A stretch of 64,000 nt of DNA from Acutalibacteraceae bacterium. Lineage in GTDB: Bacteria; Bacillota; Clostridia; Christensenellales; CAG-138. The notes beneath the pieces are model-generated. The model was not told the DNA's origin. It saw only the letters and a program-made list of their open reading frames with translations, and made no database searches. Positions 33,942 to 43,982 of the stretch are shown here, in pieces. Location of the stretch: assembly GCA_963640685.1 (NCBI GenBank), contig CAVIAA010000003.1, forward strand, positions 389 to 64,388, given 5' to 3'. The position numbers and the translations under genes are program-made. Within the stretch, counting starts at the first letter, position 1. The number at the start of each line of letters is the position of its first letter.

Positions 33942-35402
33942 TTACTGCTTTTCGGCGCTGCTCTGTGCATCGCGGAACATCTTTATCGCATCCGATATGC
34001 TGCTCTCTGGAGAGGAGCGGCCGTAGGCATTGACCTGCGCGGTGTTCCTCGCGTTGTGGCTGAGGCAGGCGGGGCCGCCGATGCAGCCGCCCTCACAGGC
34101 CATGCCCTCTATAAAGTTCTCCTTGAGCAGCCCCTTCTGCTTCTTTAAGAGGGCGGTTTTGCACTCGGTAAGGCCGTTGCAGGAAACGGCCGACAGCTTG
34201 AACTGCTCCTCGTCTACTCCCTGCTCCTTTAGCGCCTCTGACACCGCCTCCGCAAGGCCGCCGCAGCGGGCGAATATCCTGCCGAAGAAGGAAGCGTTAT
34301 CCAGCTTCGCCTGCTCCATCGTCGTAACGTCTATGCCCCTTGCGGAGAACATCGCCTGCATCTCCTCAAAGGTTATGGCATAGTCCACGTACTTCTTGGT
34401 CTTGGTATACTTTACCTCGCCCTTTTTCGCTATGCAGGGTCCGATGAACACGACATGGCAGCCCTCGTCCTTTTCCTGCAGCCAGCGGGCTATCTGCGCC
34501 ATAGGCGACAGATTGTGCGATATATTTTCCTTCAGCTCCGGGAATTCCTTCTTTATGTAATTGACAAACGCGGGGCAGCACGACGAGGTAAGGAAGTGCT
34601 TTTCCGCAAGCTCCTCCGCCTCCAGCCATGCGACCATATCCGCGCCCCATGCCGCCTCAACGACGTCATAGAAGCCCAGCGCCTTTATGCCCGCCATCAC
34701 CTGCCCCGGCGTTACGTCGGGATACTGGCTCGCCATGGACGGGGCGACGACGGCGTATACATGGTAATTCTTGTTTTCGTTTGAGTTGCGTATTAGCGAT
34801 ATCACCTGAACAATGCTGGATTTATCCGTTATCGCCCCAAACGGGCACTGATAAACGCAAGCGCCGCAGGATATGCACTTGTCCTTGTCTATTACCGCCT
34901 TCTCCGTCTCCTGGTCTATGTATATCGCCCCGACCTTGCAGGCGCGAACGCAGGGGCGAACGTGCTTAACTATCGCAGAATACGGGCACACGGACATGCA
35001 CTTGCCGCACTCGACGCACTTGGTCTTGTCGATCTTCGCGTGGTGATCGACAATGCTTATTGCCTCCTTCGGGCAGTTATCCATGCAGCGGTGCGCAAGG
35101 CAGCCGCGGCAGGCGGCGGATACCTGTATGCCGTCGACCGGACACTCATCGCAGGCAACCGGCAAAACGCCAACCACGGCGCCGTCCTCCTCGCCGCCCA
35201 GCGCCATGGCTACGCGCTGATTGATTATCGCCCTTTCCTTATATATGCAGCAGCGGAACTTCGGCTTTCCGTCCGGTATTATGATAGGTGCTATGTCCAT
35301 TATCTTCTGCGGGGTCAGCTCATCGCGGTATGCGAGCTTTGCGACCTCCCTGAGCACGTTGTACTTCATCTTTTGAACATGCGTATCAAACAGCAGCGCC
35401 AT
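33942..35402 (-). CDS. Monomeric [FeFe]-hydrogenase-like protein with N-terminal ferredoxin-type clusters (group B type)
   Basis: Several CxxCxxCxxxCP motifs. H-cluster motifs L1 TSSCCPAF, L2 GPCIAKKGE and L3 EGMACEGGCIGGP. Start at ATG 35402 after AAGGAGAA. Confidence 0.8.
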   Translation of the reverse strand: MALLFDTHVQKMKYNVLREVAKLAYRDELTPQKIMDIAPIIIPDGKPKFRCCIYKERAIINQRVAMALGGEEDGAVVGVLPVACDECPVDGIQVSAACRGCLAHRCMDNCPKEAISIVDHHAKIDKTKCVECGKCMSVCPYSAIVKHVRPCVRACKVGAIYIDQETEKAVIDKDKCISCGACVYQCPFGAITDKSSIVQVISLIRNSNENKNYHVYAVVAPSMASQYPDVTPGQVMAGIKALGFYDVVEAAWGADMVAWLEAEELAEKHFLTSSCCPAFVNYIKKEFPELKENISHNLSPMAQIARWLQEKDEGCHVVFIGPCIAKKGEVKYTKTKKYVDYAITFEEMQAMFSARGIDVTTMEQAKLDNASFFGRIFARCGGLAEAVSEALKEQGVDEEQFKLSAVSCNGLTECKTALLKKQKGLLKENFIEGMACEGGCIGGPACLSHNARNTAQVNAYGRSSPESSISDAIKMFRDAQSSAEKQ

Positions 35403-35603
35403 ATAAATTCTCCTTCTAACGGCCATATGCCTTATTATTTTAAAGCCGGCGGGCTATGTCTATTTTTTGCCGTTCCACATTATACTTTCAACTTATGGCA
35501 TTGTCAATATAACCGCCGTTCAGCATAATTACTTCTTATATAATTAAAATTTTATCGCAGTTTGATTTATAATTTAAGCCCATCGCGGCACAAAACAGCT
35601 TTT

Positions 35604-35626
35604 GCAATATACACCAGCTATATTGC
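35604..35626. promoter_or_regulatory. Perfect 8-bp inverted repeat GCAATATA-N7-TATATTGC upstream of the peptide ABC operon
   Basis: Located about 25 bp upstream of an extended -10 (TGTATAAT at 35651-35658). Confidence 0.3.
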
Positions 35627-35687
35627 TATATAAAATGCAAAACTCTCCGTGTATAATCTCAGTATCAACTATCACGGAGGTAACACG

Positions 35688-37337
35688 ATGAAAAAGACCG
35701 CAGCCGTTATCATGGCTCTTGTTATGCTGGTATGCTGCGCGGCATGCGCCCCTGCACAGCCCGCCGAACAAACCGAAAGCGCAGCCGCTGCCGAGAGCAC
35801 CGCGCCCGCAGCGACAGCTGCCGAGGATGGGCTTCTCCGCGTCGCCGCGCTGTACGATATATCCACTATGGACGTGGCGCAGACCACCGACAACTATATG
35901 GTGCCCATGAACGTATTCGACAGGCTGTTTGAGTCCGTCGTACAGTCGGACGGCAGCACAGGCGTAGTTCCCAGCCTTGCGGATGGCTATGAGGTATCCG
36001 ATGACGGCCTGACCTACACCTTTACCCTCAAGGACGGCGTAGTCTTTTCCAACGGCAGCGCGCTTACGGCGGAGGATGTACAGTATACCTTTGAGCGGCT
36101 GCTGACATCGGGCGGCGTAAACGACGATATACCCCTTGAGGTCGCCGGCGCCGAGGCGCTAAAGAACGGCGAGGCGGATACCCTTTCCGGCTTCAGCGTG
36201 ATAGACGACCTGCACTTCTCAATAACCCTTGAAAAGGCAAACGCCGGCTTTGTTGCCGAGCTCACCGGCCCCGCGATATCCGTCGTGGATAAGGAGACCA
36301 TGCAGCAGGTTCAGAACTTCGGCCTCTCCTGCGAGGATACTATCGGCACAGGCCCCTATAAGGTCACCGAATGGGTAGTAAACGACCACTACACCCTTGA
36401 GTACAACGACAAATACTGGGGCGACGAGCCCTCCGTCAAGAAGATGATCGTATCCATAATACCGGATGCGAGCACCCAGAACCTGATGTATCAGAACGGC
36501 GAGCTGGATATAATCGACCTTGAATCGCTGGATTCCAGCATAGTTGAGGCGACCTACAAGACGCAGTATGCGGATAAGCTCATCTCCTGCTCCCGCGTTG
36601 GGCTGACTTACCTTGCGCTCAACGCAAACAACAAGTATCTCTCTGATGTAAACGTCCGCAAGGCGATACAGCAGGCGATAGACGTTGAATCCATAGTGAG
36701 TTCCATCTATGCCGGCGATGCAATAATCGAAAACGGCATAATACCCGAGGGGATATGGGGCTTTGACAAGGAGCTTCAGCGCCCCGCCTACGACCCGGAT
36801 GCCGCAAAGGAAATGCTGACCGCCGCAGGCTACGCCGAGGGTGAAATAACCTTTGAGCTTGCAATGGATTCCTCCGCCTCGAGCAACGTTCAGCTCGTAT
36901 ATCAGGTGATACAGCAGAACCTTAGCGCAGTCGGCATCTCCGCCGAGATAAAGTCCTATGACGAATCTTCCTGGCTGGATCTTCGCAAATCCGGCGAAAT
37001 GGATTCCTTCGTTGCCAACTGGACGATGGACTACAACGACCCCGCAAACATAATGTACACCTTCTTCGGCAGCGCGGATAAGACGCTCATACGCAGCCTG
37101 AACTACGCGGATACCGACGTGATGGCGCGGGTAGCGGCGGCCTCCGGAATAACCGACGACGAGGCGCGCATGAAGGAATACCGCGAGCTTGAGCGCAAGA
37201 TAGTCATAGATGACGCGGCCTGGGTGCCCCTGCTCGGCAATATGCACCTCTTCGCGATAGGCGAGCGCGTGGCCTCCTTCACCCCGTACTGGGCGGGTTA
37301 CAGCAACTTCTACGCAAAGGACGTCGTGCTCAAATAA
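35688..37337 (+). CDS. ABC transporter substrate-binding lipoprotein, family 5 (peptide/nickel, Opp/Dpp type)
   Basis: Lipoprotein signal (MALVMLVCCAACA), about 549 aa, SBP_bac_5 layout. GGAGG RBS before ATG 35688. Confidence 0.85.
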   Translation: MKKTAAVIMALVMLVCCAACAPAQPAEQTESAAAAESTAPAATAAEDGLLRVAALYDISTMDVAQTTDNYMVPMNVFDRLFESVVQSDGSTGVVPSLADGYEVSDDGLTYTFTLKDGVVFSNGSALTAEDVQYTFERLLTSGGVNDDIPLEVAGAEALKNGEADTLSGFSVIDDLHFSITLEKANAGFVAELTGPAISVVDKETMQQVQNFGLSCEDTIGTGPYKVTEWVVNDHYTLEYNDKYWGDEPSVKKMIVSIIPDASTQNLMYQNGELDIIDLESLDSSIVEATYKTQYADKLISCSRVGLTYLALNANNKYLSDVNVRKAIQQAIDVESIVSSIYAGDAIIENGIIPEGIWGFDKELQRPAYDPDAAKEMLTAAGYAEGEITFELAMDSSASSNVQLVYQVIQQNLSAVGISAEIKSYDESSWLDLRKSGEMDSFVANWTMDYNDPANIMYTFFGSADKTLIRSLNYADTDVMARVAAASGITDDEARMKEYRELERKIVIDDAAWVPLLGNMHLFAIGERVASFTPYWAGYSNFYAKDVVLK

Positions 37338-37431
37338 GCTGCTTTTTAACTCAAAATCATGTATAATAGAGGAGGACGCCCCCGAAATGCCCGGGCGCCC
37401 TCCGATATTTTATTGTTATTTGGAAAGACGT

Positions 37432-38355
37432 ATGGCAAGAAACATCCTTAACAGAGTTATACAAACGCTTGTAGTGCTGCTCGGCGTCGCGCTGCTCATA
37501 TTCATAATGCTGCGCATTATCCCCGGCAACGCCATAACCACCATGATGGGCGAGCACGCAAACGCAGAGACCATCGACCGCATGACGCGGGAGCTTGGGC
37601 TGGATCAGCCGGTCGCGGTGCAGTTCTGGCGGTATATTTCCGGCGCCCTGCTGGGGGACTTCGGCACGAGCTATTCGCTCAACCGCAGCGTTGCGGAGCT
37701 CATATCGCTGGCGTTCCCGAATACGCTTCGCCTCGCCGTTGCCGCGGCGCTCGTCGCCTGGGCAATAGGAATACTCTGCGGGATAATCGCCGCAGTAAAG
37801 AAGAACAGCGCGCTGGATCGGCTGTTTATGGGCTTTTCCCTCTTCGGCGTGTCCATGCCGGTATTTATGGTGGCAATGGTGCTGCAGTATTTTCTGGCGT
37901 ATAAGCTGAAGCTGTTCCCGATATCCGGCACGGACAGCTGGGTGGGCTACATTCTGCCGGCTATCGCCCTCGGCTGGAACAGCGCAGGCAGCATCTCCCG
38001 CCTGACCCGCTCAACGCTTATAGAGGTGATGCAGGAGGATTACATAGACACCGCCCGCGCAAAGGGCCGGCGTCAGCTCGGCGTGATAACCGCGCACGCG
38101 CTAAAAAACGCCGTTCTGCCGGTAATCACCATGATGGCGGTTCAGCTTTCCTCGCTGCTTTCCGGCGCGATAATATCCGAAACGGTGTTCTCGATAAACG
38201 GCATCGGCCGCCTTGCGGTTCAGGCCATTGAGGGGCGCGATATACCGCTGCTTCAGGGAACGGTGCTGTTTTCCACCCTTCTCGTCATACTCGGCAACCT
38301 CGCCGCGGACTGCATGTACGCGGTGCTGGATCCCCGAATAAGAAAGGAGGCATAG
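37432..38355 (+). CDS. ABC transporter permease (OppB/DppB-like)
   Basis: N-terminus ILNRVIQTLVVLLGVALLIF and an EAA-like loop (DYIDTARAKG). Confidence 0.85.
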   Translation: MARNILNRVIQTLVVLLGVALLIFIMLRIIPGNAITTMMGEHANAETIDRMTRELGLDQPVAVQFWRYISGALLGDFGTSYSLNRSVAELISLAFPNTLRLAVAAALVAWAIGILCGIIAAVKKNSALDRLFMGFSLFGVSMPVFMVAMVLQYFLAYKLKLFPISGTDSWVGYILPAIALGWNSAGSISRLTRSTLIEVMQEDYIDTARAKGRRQLGVITAHALKNAVLPVITMMAVQLSSLLSGAIISETVFSINGIGRLAVQAIEGRDIPLLQGTVLFSTLLVILGNLAADCMYAVLDPRIRKEA

Positions 38356-38356
38356 C

Positions 38357-39253
38357 ATGAAAAGGGCTGAAATAACCGATGCCTCCCTCAAAAGCCAGAT
38401 AGGCGAGGCGGATACCCTTTCAACGCAGCTGAGGCGGCTCTGCCGCGAAAACAAGCTCGCGCTCTGCTCCGCGATACTGATACTGCTGTTTATACTCGCG
38501 GCGGTATTCGCCCCGCTGCTCACGCCGTACGGCTTTGACGAGATGGATATACTCAACAGGCTCTCCCCGCCCTCTGCCGAGCACCCGCTTGGCACCGACG
38601 AGGGCGGCAGGGACGTGCTCACCCGAATGCTCTACGGCTCTCGTATATCGCTGCTGGTCGGCATAGTGCCTACGGTGATATCGATGCTCTTCGGCGCGGC
38701 GCTCGGCATAATCGCGGGCTACGCCGGCGGCAGGACGGACGCCGTTATCATGCGCATTGCGGATATAATGCTGGCGTTCCCATCCATGCTGCTCGCAATG
38801 GTCATAATGTATACGCTTGGCGACGGCATAATAAACATATTCCTCGCCCTTGCGCTGGTAAACTGGGCAAGCGTTGCGCGCATCGTCCGTTCCGAAACGC
38901 TGAAGCTCAAGGAGAGCGAATACGTTGAGGCGGCAAGGTCGATAGGCGTGGGCAGGCTTACCATAATGCTGCGGCATATACTGCCGAACTGCCTCCCGTC
39001 GCTCATCGTCCTCTTTACGCTGAACATCCCCTCGGCGATACTTTCCGAAAGCTCGCTGAGCTTCCTTGGCATTGGCGTTCAGGCGCCAAGAGCCTCCTGG
39101 GGGCTTATGGTGAACACAGGACGGCAGTTTTTATACAGCCAGCCCTGGCTCAGCCTTTCGCCGAGCATAGCCATAATGCTGCTCGTGCTGGCCTTCAACT
39201 TTTTGGGCGACGGCCTCCGTGACGTTCTCGACCCGCACCTGAAGAACCGATAA
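38357..39253 (+). CDS. ABC transporter permease (OppC/DppC-like)
   Basis: EAA loop SEYVEAARSIGV. 298 aa. Confidence 0.85.
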   Translation: MKRAEITDASLKSQIGEADTLSTQLRRLCRENKLALCSAILILLFILAAVFAPLLTPYGFDEMDILNRLSPPSAEHPLGTDEGGRDVLTRMLYGSRISLLVGIVPTVISMLFGAALGIIAGYAGGRTDAVIMRIADIMLAFPSMLLAMVIMYTLGDGIINIFLALALVNWASVARIVRSETLKLKESEYVEAARSIGVGRLTIMLRHILPNCLPSLIVLFTLNIPSAILSESSLSFLGIGVQAPRASWGLMVNTGRQFLYSQPWLSLSPSIAIMLLVLAFNFLGDGLRDVLDPHLKNR

Positions 39254-39265
39254 AAGGAGCGCAGA

Positions 39266-40252
39266 ATGGAAAAAAACACACTTGAAATACAGCACCTCTG
39301 CACCAGCTTCTTTACGCAGGGCGGCGAGGTAAAGGCGGTAAACGACGTTTCGATGACCATACCAAAGCGGAGCATCACCGGCATAGTCGGCGAATCCGGC
39401 TGCGGAAAGAGCATGACCGCCCGCTCCGTAATGCGGCTCTTAAAGTACCCGGGCAGGATAGTTTCCGGCAGAGTGCTGCTTGCGGATAAGGAGCTCACCG
39501 CCCTATCCGAGCACGACATGGCAAACGTCCGCGGTGAGGAGCTCTCCATGATATTTCAGGAGCCCATGACCAGCCTGAACCCCGTTATAAAGGTCGGCAA
39601 GCAGGTTCGCGAGGTGGTGCTGCTGCACCGCAGGGTAACAAAAAAAGAAGCGCGGGACGAGGTTCTCCGCATATTCGCAAAGGTCGGCATATCCGAGCCG
39701 GAGCGAAGATATGAATGCTACCCGCACGAGCTTTCCGGCGGCCTTCGCCAGCGGGTAATGATTGCGATGGCCATGATATGCCGCCCGAAGCTGATAATTG
39801 CAGACGAGCCGACCACAGCACTTGATGTGACCGTTGAGGCGCAGATACTGCAGCTCATGAGGAGCCTTCGCGATGAGATAGGCACCAGCATAATGCTGAT
39901 ATCCCACAACCTCGGCGTTATAGCGCAGGTTTGCGACTATGTATACGTCATGTACGCCGGGCGAATAGTTGAGCAGGCAAGCACCCTTGAGCTGTTCGAT
40001 AACCCGATACACCCGTATACGCGCGGGCTCATGGCCTCAGTCGCCTCGCTTGAAAAAAAGAGCGGCATGCTGGAAACCATACCCGGCGTTGTGCCAAACC
40101 TGCTGTACCTGCCGGAGGGCTGCTCCTTTGGCCCGAGGTGCCTTAGCTGCGCGGATAAATGCCAGAGGGTCATGCCGGAGCTCGTTGAGGTATCCCCCGG
40201 GCATTTTGCCCGCTGTGCCCTTGCAAAGCCGGCCGCGGAGGAAAAACTATGA
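39266..40252 (+). CDS. ABC transporter ATP-binding protein (OppD/DppD-like)
   Basis: Walker A GESGCGKS, signature LSGGLRQR, Walker B LIIADEPT, and a C-terminal oligopeptide-type extension. Confidence 0.9.
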   Translation: MEKNTLEIQHLCTSFFTQGGEVKAVNDVSMTIPKRSITGIVGESGCGKSMTARSVMRLLKYPGRIVSGRVLLADKELTALSEHDMANVRGEELSMIFQEPMTSLNPVIKVGKQVREVVLLHRRVTKKEARDEVLRIFAKVGISEPERRYECYPHELSGGLRQRVMIAMAMICRPKLIIADEPTTALDVTVEAQILQLMRSLRDEIGTSIMLISHNLGVIAQVCDYVYVMYAGRIVEQASTLELFDNPIHPYTRGLMASVASLEKKSGMLETIPGVVPNLLYLPEGCSFGPRCLSCADKCQRVMPELVEVSPGHFARCALAKPAAEEKL

Positions 40253-41211
40253 AGGATATTCTGCTTCAGGCAAGGGAGCTCACAAAGGAGTTCCCGCTAA
40301 AGAATAAAAAGGCCGTCAATGCCGTTTCCGGCGTGTCGCTGGATATTTACCGCGGGGAGACGCTTGCGCTGGTCGGCGAATCCGGCTGCGGAAAGAGCAC
40401 ACTGGGCAGGGCGCTCATACAGCTCATACGCCCAACGTCGGGTCAGGTGCTCTTTGAGGGCAGCGACATCACCGCAATGGGCGAAAGGGAGTTCCGCAGC
40501 TATCGGCGGCAGATGCAGCTTATATTTCAGGATCCCTATGCCTCGCTCAACCCGCGCATGACTGTGCGCAGTATAATCGCGGAGCCGCTGCGCACCTATA
40601 ACCTCTGTGCAAGCGAGGATGAATATACCGAAAGGGTGCTCGGACTCATGTCCGCCGTGGGCATCCCCGCCGAGTTCCTTTACAGGTATCCGCATCAGTT
40701 TTCCGGCGGGCAGCGCCAGCGTATAGGCATTGCGCGGTCGATAGCGCTCAACCCCGCCCTTATAGTGTGCGACGAGCCGGTGTCCGCCCTCGACGTATCC
40801 GTTCAAAACCAGATATTAAACCTGCTGAGGCAGCTTCAGCAGGATATGTCGCTGACGTATCTTTTTATCAGCCACGACCTTTCCGTCGTCCGGTTCATAT
40901 CCGACAGGGTAGCCGTGATGTTCCTCGGGCGGCTGTGCGAAATAGGCTCTACCGAGGAGGTATATTCCGCCCCGCTGCACCCCTACACCCGTTTTCTGCT
41001 GGATTCCATACCCAAGGCGAACCCGCGCGCAGGGTACGAGGCGGCGCGGCTGCTCTTTGGCGAGCTGCCCAGCCCGATAGACCCACCCTCCGGCTGTCGC
41101 TTCCACACCCGCTGCCCGTATGCGACAGAGCGCTGCAAGTGCGAGGTGCCGGAGCTCAGGCAGCTATGCGGCCGCGATGTCGCCTGTCACAGGGCGGAGG
41201 AGCTCAGCTGA
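40249..41211 (+). CDS. ABC transporter ATP-binding protein (OppF/DppF-like)
   Basis: Walker A GESGCGKS, signature FSGGQRQR, Walker B LIVCDEPV. A 4-nt overlap with the upstream gene. Confidence 0.9.
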   Translation: MKDILLQARELTKEFPLKNKKAVNAVSGVSLDIYRGETLALVGESGCGKSTLGRALIQLIRPTSGQVLFEGSDITAMGEREFRSYRRQMQLIFQDPYASLNPRMTVRSIIAEPLRTYNLCASEDEYTERVLGLMSAVGIPAEFLYRYPHQFSGGQRQRIGIARSIALNPALIVCDEPVSALDVSVQNQILNLLRQLQQDMSLTYLFISHDLSVVRFISDRVAVMFLGRLCEIGSTEEVYSAPLHPYTRFLLDSIPKANPRAGYEAARLLFGELPSPIDPPSGCRFHTRCPYATERCKCEVPELRQLCGRDVACHRAEELS

Positions 41212-41226
41212 ACAGGCAAGCTTAAA

Positions 41227-41256
41227 GGACGCAGCATCAGCTGCGCCCTTTTATAT
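41227..41256 (+). terminator. Intrinsic terminator
   Basis: GGACGCAGC ATCA GCTGCGCCC followed by TTTTATATTTTT. Confidence 0.65.
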
Positions 41257-41258
41257 TT

Positions 41259-41891
41259 TTATTCTCTTTCTTTGCCTTGCTGCTTTTCCCGCTCTGCTTT
41301 GCTGAAGGCACAGCCGCAGTAATCCTGCCGGTACAGGCCATATTCCCGGCTAAGCTCAAGGCTGCGCTTGTAGCCGTCCCGCTTGCGGAACTCGCTGGTT
41401 AAAAACCTTACGCCGTATTTTTCCGCCAGCTCTGCGCCTATCCCGTTTATGCGAACGGGATCCTTCTGCGGGCTTATGGAAAGCGTCGTCGTGAACCATG
41501 GGAAGCGGTTTTCTGCGGCGTATTCTGCCGTTTTCTCCAGCCGCAGCCGGTAGCACTCGGTGCAGCGCCTTCCCCTTTCCGGCTCGCTTTCCAGCCCCCT
41601 TGCCGCCGCATAGAACTCGCTCGGGTCGTATTCCTGCTCAATCACCCTTATATCGCCGTAGCCCGCGGCAGGGAGGAAGCGCTCAAGCTCCTTTTCCCGC
41701 CTTCTGTATTCCTCCTCCGGCGCGATGTTCGGGTTATAGTAAAGCACGGTCACCTCAAAGTGCTTACTCAGCAGCTCCAGCACCGCGCTCGAGCAGGGGG
41801 CGCAGCAGGCATGCAGCAGCAGCGCAGGCCTCTCGCCACCCAATGAGGCTATGAGCCTGTCCATCTCTTTAGCGTAGCCGCCGTTTGCCAT
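41259..41891 (-). CDS. queH: Epoxyqueuosine reductase QueH (DUF208)
   Basis: HACCAPCS, CTECYRLRL and YRQDYCGC cysteine motifs typical of QueH. 210 aa. Confidence 0.85.
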   Translation of the reverse strand: MANGGYAKEMDRLIASLGGERPALLLHACCAPCSSAVLELLSKHFEVTVLYYNPNIAPEEEYRRREKELERFLPAAGYGDIRVIEQEYDPSEFYAAARGLESEPERGRRCTECYRLRLEKTAEYAAENRFPWFTTTLSISPQKDPVRINGIGAELAEKYGVRFLTSEFRKRDGYKRSLELSREYGLYRQDYCGCAFSKAEREKQQGKERE

Positions 41892-41957
41892 ATGCCGTCC
41901 CTCCGTTTTGCAGTGTATAGCCGCCGTTAAAATGCCGCGGCGCAGGCCTGTGTGTCA

Positions 41958-41985
41958 TTGACATAATGACAGAAACTGATATAAT
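41958..41985 (+). promoter_or_regulatory. Promoter: TTGACA, 16 nt spacer, TATAAT
   Basis: -35 at 41958-41963, -10 at 41980-41985. Confidence 0.55.
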
Positions 41986-42020
41986 CGTCAATACTATGTT
42001 TTACAAGGAGAATTTTACCA

Positions 42021-43379
42021 ATGAGTTCTGATGCGGAAGCTTCCATAGGGCTATTGCTGCTGTTCCAGCTTGTGCTGATTTTTCTTAATGCGGTATTCGC
42101 AAGCGCCGAGATAGCGGTGCTTTCGATCAGTGAAGCAAAGCTCGAGCACATGGCGGAGCAGGGCAGCGCAAAGGCAAAGCGGCTGTACCGGCTGGCAAAG
42201 GAGCCGGCGCGCTTTCTCGCCACGATACAGGTAGCAATAACCCTTTCCGGCTTCCTCGGCAGCGCATTCGCGGCGGATAATTTCTCCGAACCGCTGGTTA
42301 AGTGGCTGATGTCCCTCGGCGTAACTATTCCAAGGCATGCTCTGCGCAACGCAGCCGTTGTGATGATAACCCTCGTTCTTTCCTACATCACGCTGATATT
42401 CGGTGAACTTGTTCCAAAGCGCATAGCCATGAAAAAATCGGAACAGATTGCTCTCGGCGTTTCGGGTCTGATAAGCTTCATATCCGTTGCGTTCAAGCCG
42501 GTGGTTTGGCTCCTTTCAGTTTCTACAAACTTCGTTCTCAGGCTCATGGGCATAGACCCCGACCAGCCGGAGGGCGACATCAGTGAGGAAGAAATACGCA
42601 TGATGGTGGATGCCGGCAGCGAAAAGGGCGCCATCGACCATCAGGAAAAGGAGTTTATACAGAACGTATTTGAGTTTAACGACATAATAGCCGGCGAGAT
42701 AGCCACCCACCGAACCGATGTAACGCTTCTTATGGCTAATGACCCTATCGAAGCATGGGATCGCATAATACACGAAAGCCGCCATACCCGCTATCCCGTA
42801 TGCGACGGCTCTGCGGATAACATTACCGGTATACTTAACGCCAAGGATTATTTCAGAATAGCTGTAAAAACAAAGGAAAAGGTCGTGAGCGAAGCGGTGC
42901 ATGCCCCATATTTCGTTCCGGAAACCATAAAGGCGGATGTACTTTTCCGAGATATGAAAAGCACACATAATTCCCTTGCCGTAGTGCTGGATGAATACGG
43001 CGGAATGGTGGGCATAGTCACTATCAACGATCTCATAGAGGAGCTGGTAGGCGAGCTTAACGACGAGCCGTCCCGTCCGGAGAATCAGGAGCCCAAAATC
43101 GAGCACGCGGGAAGGAACAGCTGGCGCATAAGCGGAAATGTGGAGCTTTGCGACCTTGAAGAAGCGACTGGCTTTACCCTCTCATCGGACGATTATGACA
43201 CGCTTACCGGCCTCGTCTTCGACAAGCTGGGCATGATACCCGCCGACGGCCCGCAGGACATAACGCTTGAGCTTGACCGGCTGCTGATACATATAGATCG
43301 CATAGACGCACATCAGATAGCATCCGCCTCCGTAGCGCTCAAGCCGGAGGAAAGCGCCGCAGAGGAGGCGCACGCCTAA
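42021..43379 (+). CDS. CNNM/DUF21-CBS-CorC_HlyC family protein (hemolysin-family / Mg2+-Co2+ efflux-like)
   Basis: N-terminal DUF21 TM domain, a CBS pair, and a C-terminal CorC_HlyC domain (DYDTLTGLVFDKLGMIP). Confidence 0.85.
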   Translation: MSSDAEASIGLLLLFQLVLIFLNAVFASAEIAVLSISEAKLEHMAEQGSAKAKRLYRLAKEPARFLATIQVAITLSGFLGSAFAADNFSEPLVKWLMSLGVTIPRHALRNAAVVMITLVLSYITLIFGELVPKRIAMKKSEQIALGVSGLISFISVAFKPVVWLLSVSTNFVLRLMGIDPDQPEGDISEEEIRMMVDAGSEKGAIDHQEKEFIQNVFEFNDIIAGEIATHRTDVTLLMANDPIEAWDRIIHESRHTRYPVCDGSADNITGILNAKDYFRIAVKTKEKVVSEAVHAPYFVPETIKADVLFRDMKSTHNSLAVVLDEYGGMVGIVTINDLIEELVGELNDEPSRPENQEPKIEHAGRNSWRISGNVELCDLEEATGFTLSSDDYDTLTGLVFDKLGMIPADGPQDITLELDRLLIHIDRIDAHQIASASVALKPEESAAEEAHA

Positions 43380-43392
43380 CCTATATCAAACA

Positions 43393-43428
43393 GGGTCGCC
43401 GCCGTAAAAACGGAGGCGACCCTTTGCT
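43393..43428. terminator. Hairpin terminator between convergent genes
   Basis: GGGTCGCC ...12 nt... GGCGACCC followed by TTTGCTTA. Confidence 0.45.
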
Positions 43429-43439
43429 TATCCGCATGT

Positions 43440-43982
43440 CTACTTAAACAGCGTCTTAAAGAAGTCGTTAAAGAACAGCATATATATCACGATGCCTATG
43501 TAAAAGCCGCCGAGGTATACTATCGCACTCTTGTTGCCGCCCGCAGCCTTAACGTGCTGCCTGAGCGGGCAGCCGCCCGCCAGCACCGAGAGTACGCCTA
43601 TTATAAAGCCGCCCGCAATGGTGAACCAGCCGGATATCTCCAGCTTTAGGCCCCACTTGTTGAGCTTTAGCCCGCTCGCCTTTTTAAGCAGAAGGTACAG
43701 CGGCTTTGTGTTTGCGCAGGCGGAGGCCTCGATGACCTGCCGGTTTGTCGTGTCCTTTATGAACATCGGGTAATTGCTCATGTTTTCCTGATGGACGCCG
43801 AGAAGATGCAGCGCGAGGAAGAGCACCGCCGCCGTTATAAGCAGCGAAAGCATGCCCTTGAGCAGGTATTTGTCCTTTACTATCATGTAATCCCGAACGC
43901 CGCCGATAAGGCAGAAGCGGGAGCGCTGGGCAGCGTAGCCTATTATAAGGCCGACGGCAAGCGTAATTATTGCGTTACTCAT
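43440..43982 (-). CDS. YeeE/YedE-family sulfur (thiosulfate/selenium) transporter, C-terminal half-protein
   Basis: N-terminal motif GYAAQRSRFCLIGGVRD. 180 aa, hydrophobic. Overlaps the upstream half-gene by 8 nt. Confidence 0.75.
   Translation of the reverse strand: MSNAIITLAVGLIIGYAAQRSRFCLIGGVRDYMIVKDKYLLKGMLSLLITAAVLFLALHLLGVHQENMSNYPMFIKDTTNRQVIEASACANTKPLYLLLKKASGLKLNKWGLKLEISGWFTIAGGFIIGVLSVLAGGCPLRQHVKAAGGNKSAIVYLGGFYIGIVIYMLFFNDFFKTLFK

Noticed and set aside
33773-33970. N-terminal extensions of several ORF-track entries: ftsH 33970, integrase 2345, hydrogenase 35426, SBP 35649, permease 37387, ATPase 51080, lipid kinase 57205, SBP 57380, DUF3343 44850, regulator 27318.
   Set aside because: In each case an internal ATG is preceded at 5-13 nt by a GGAGG-like RBS and coincides with the family-typical N-terminus or signal peptide. 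The upstream part lacks an RBS or lies upstream of the predicted promoter.
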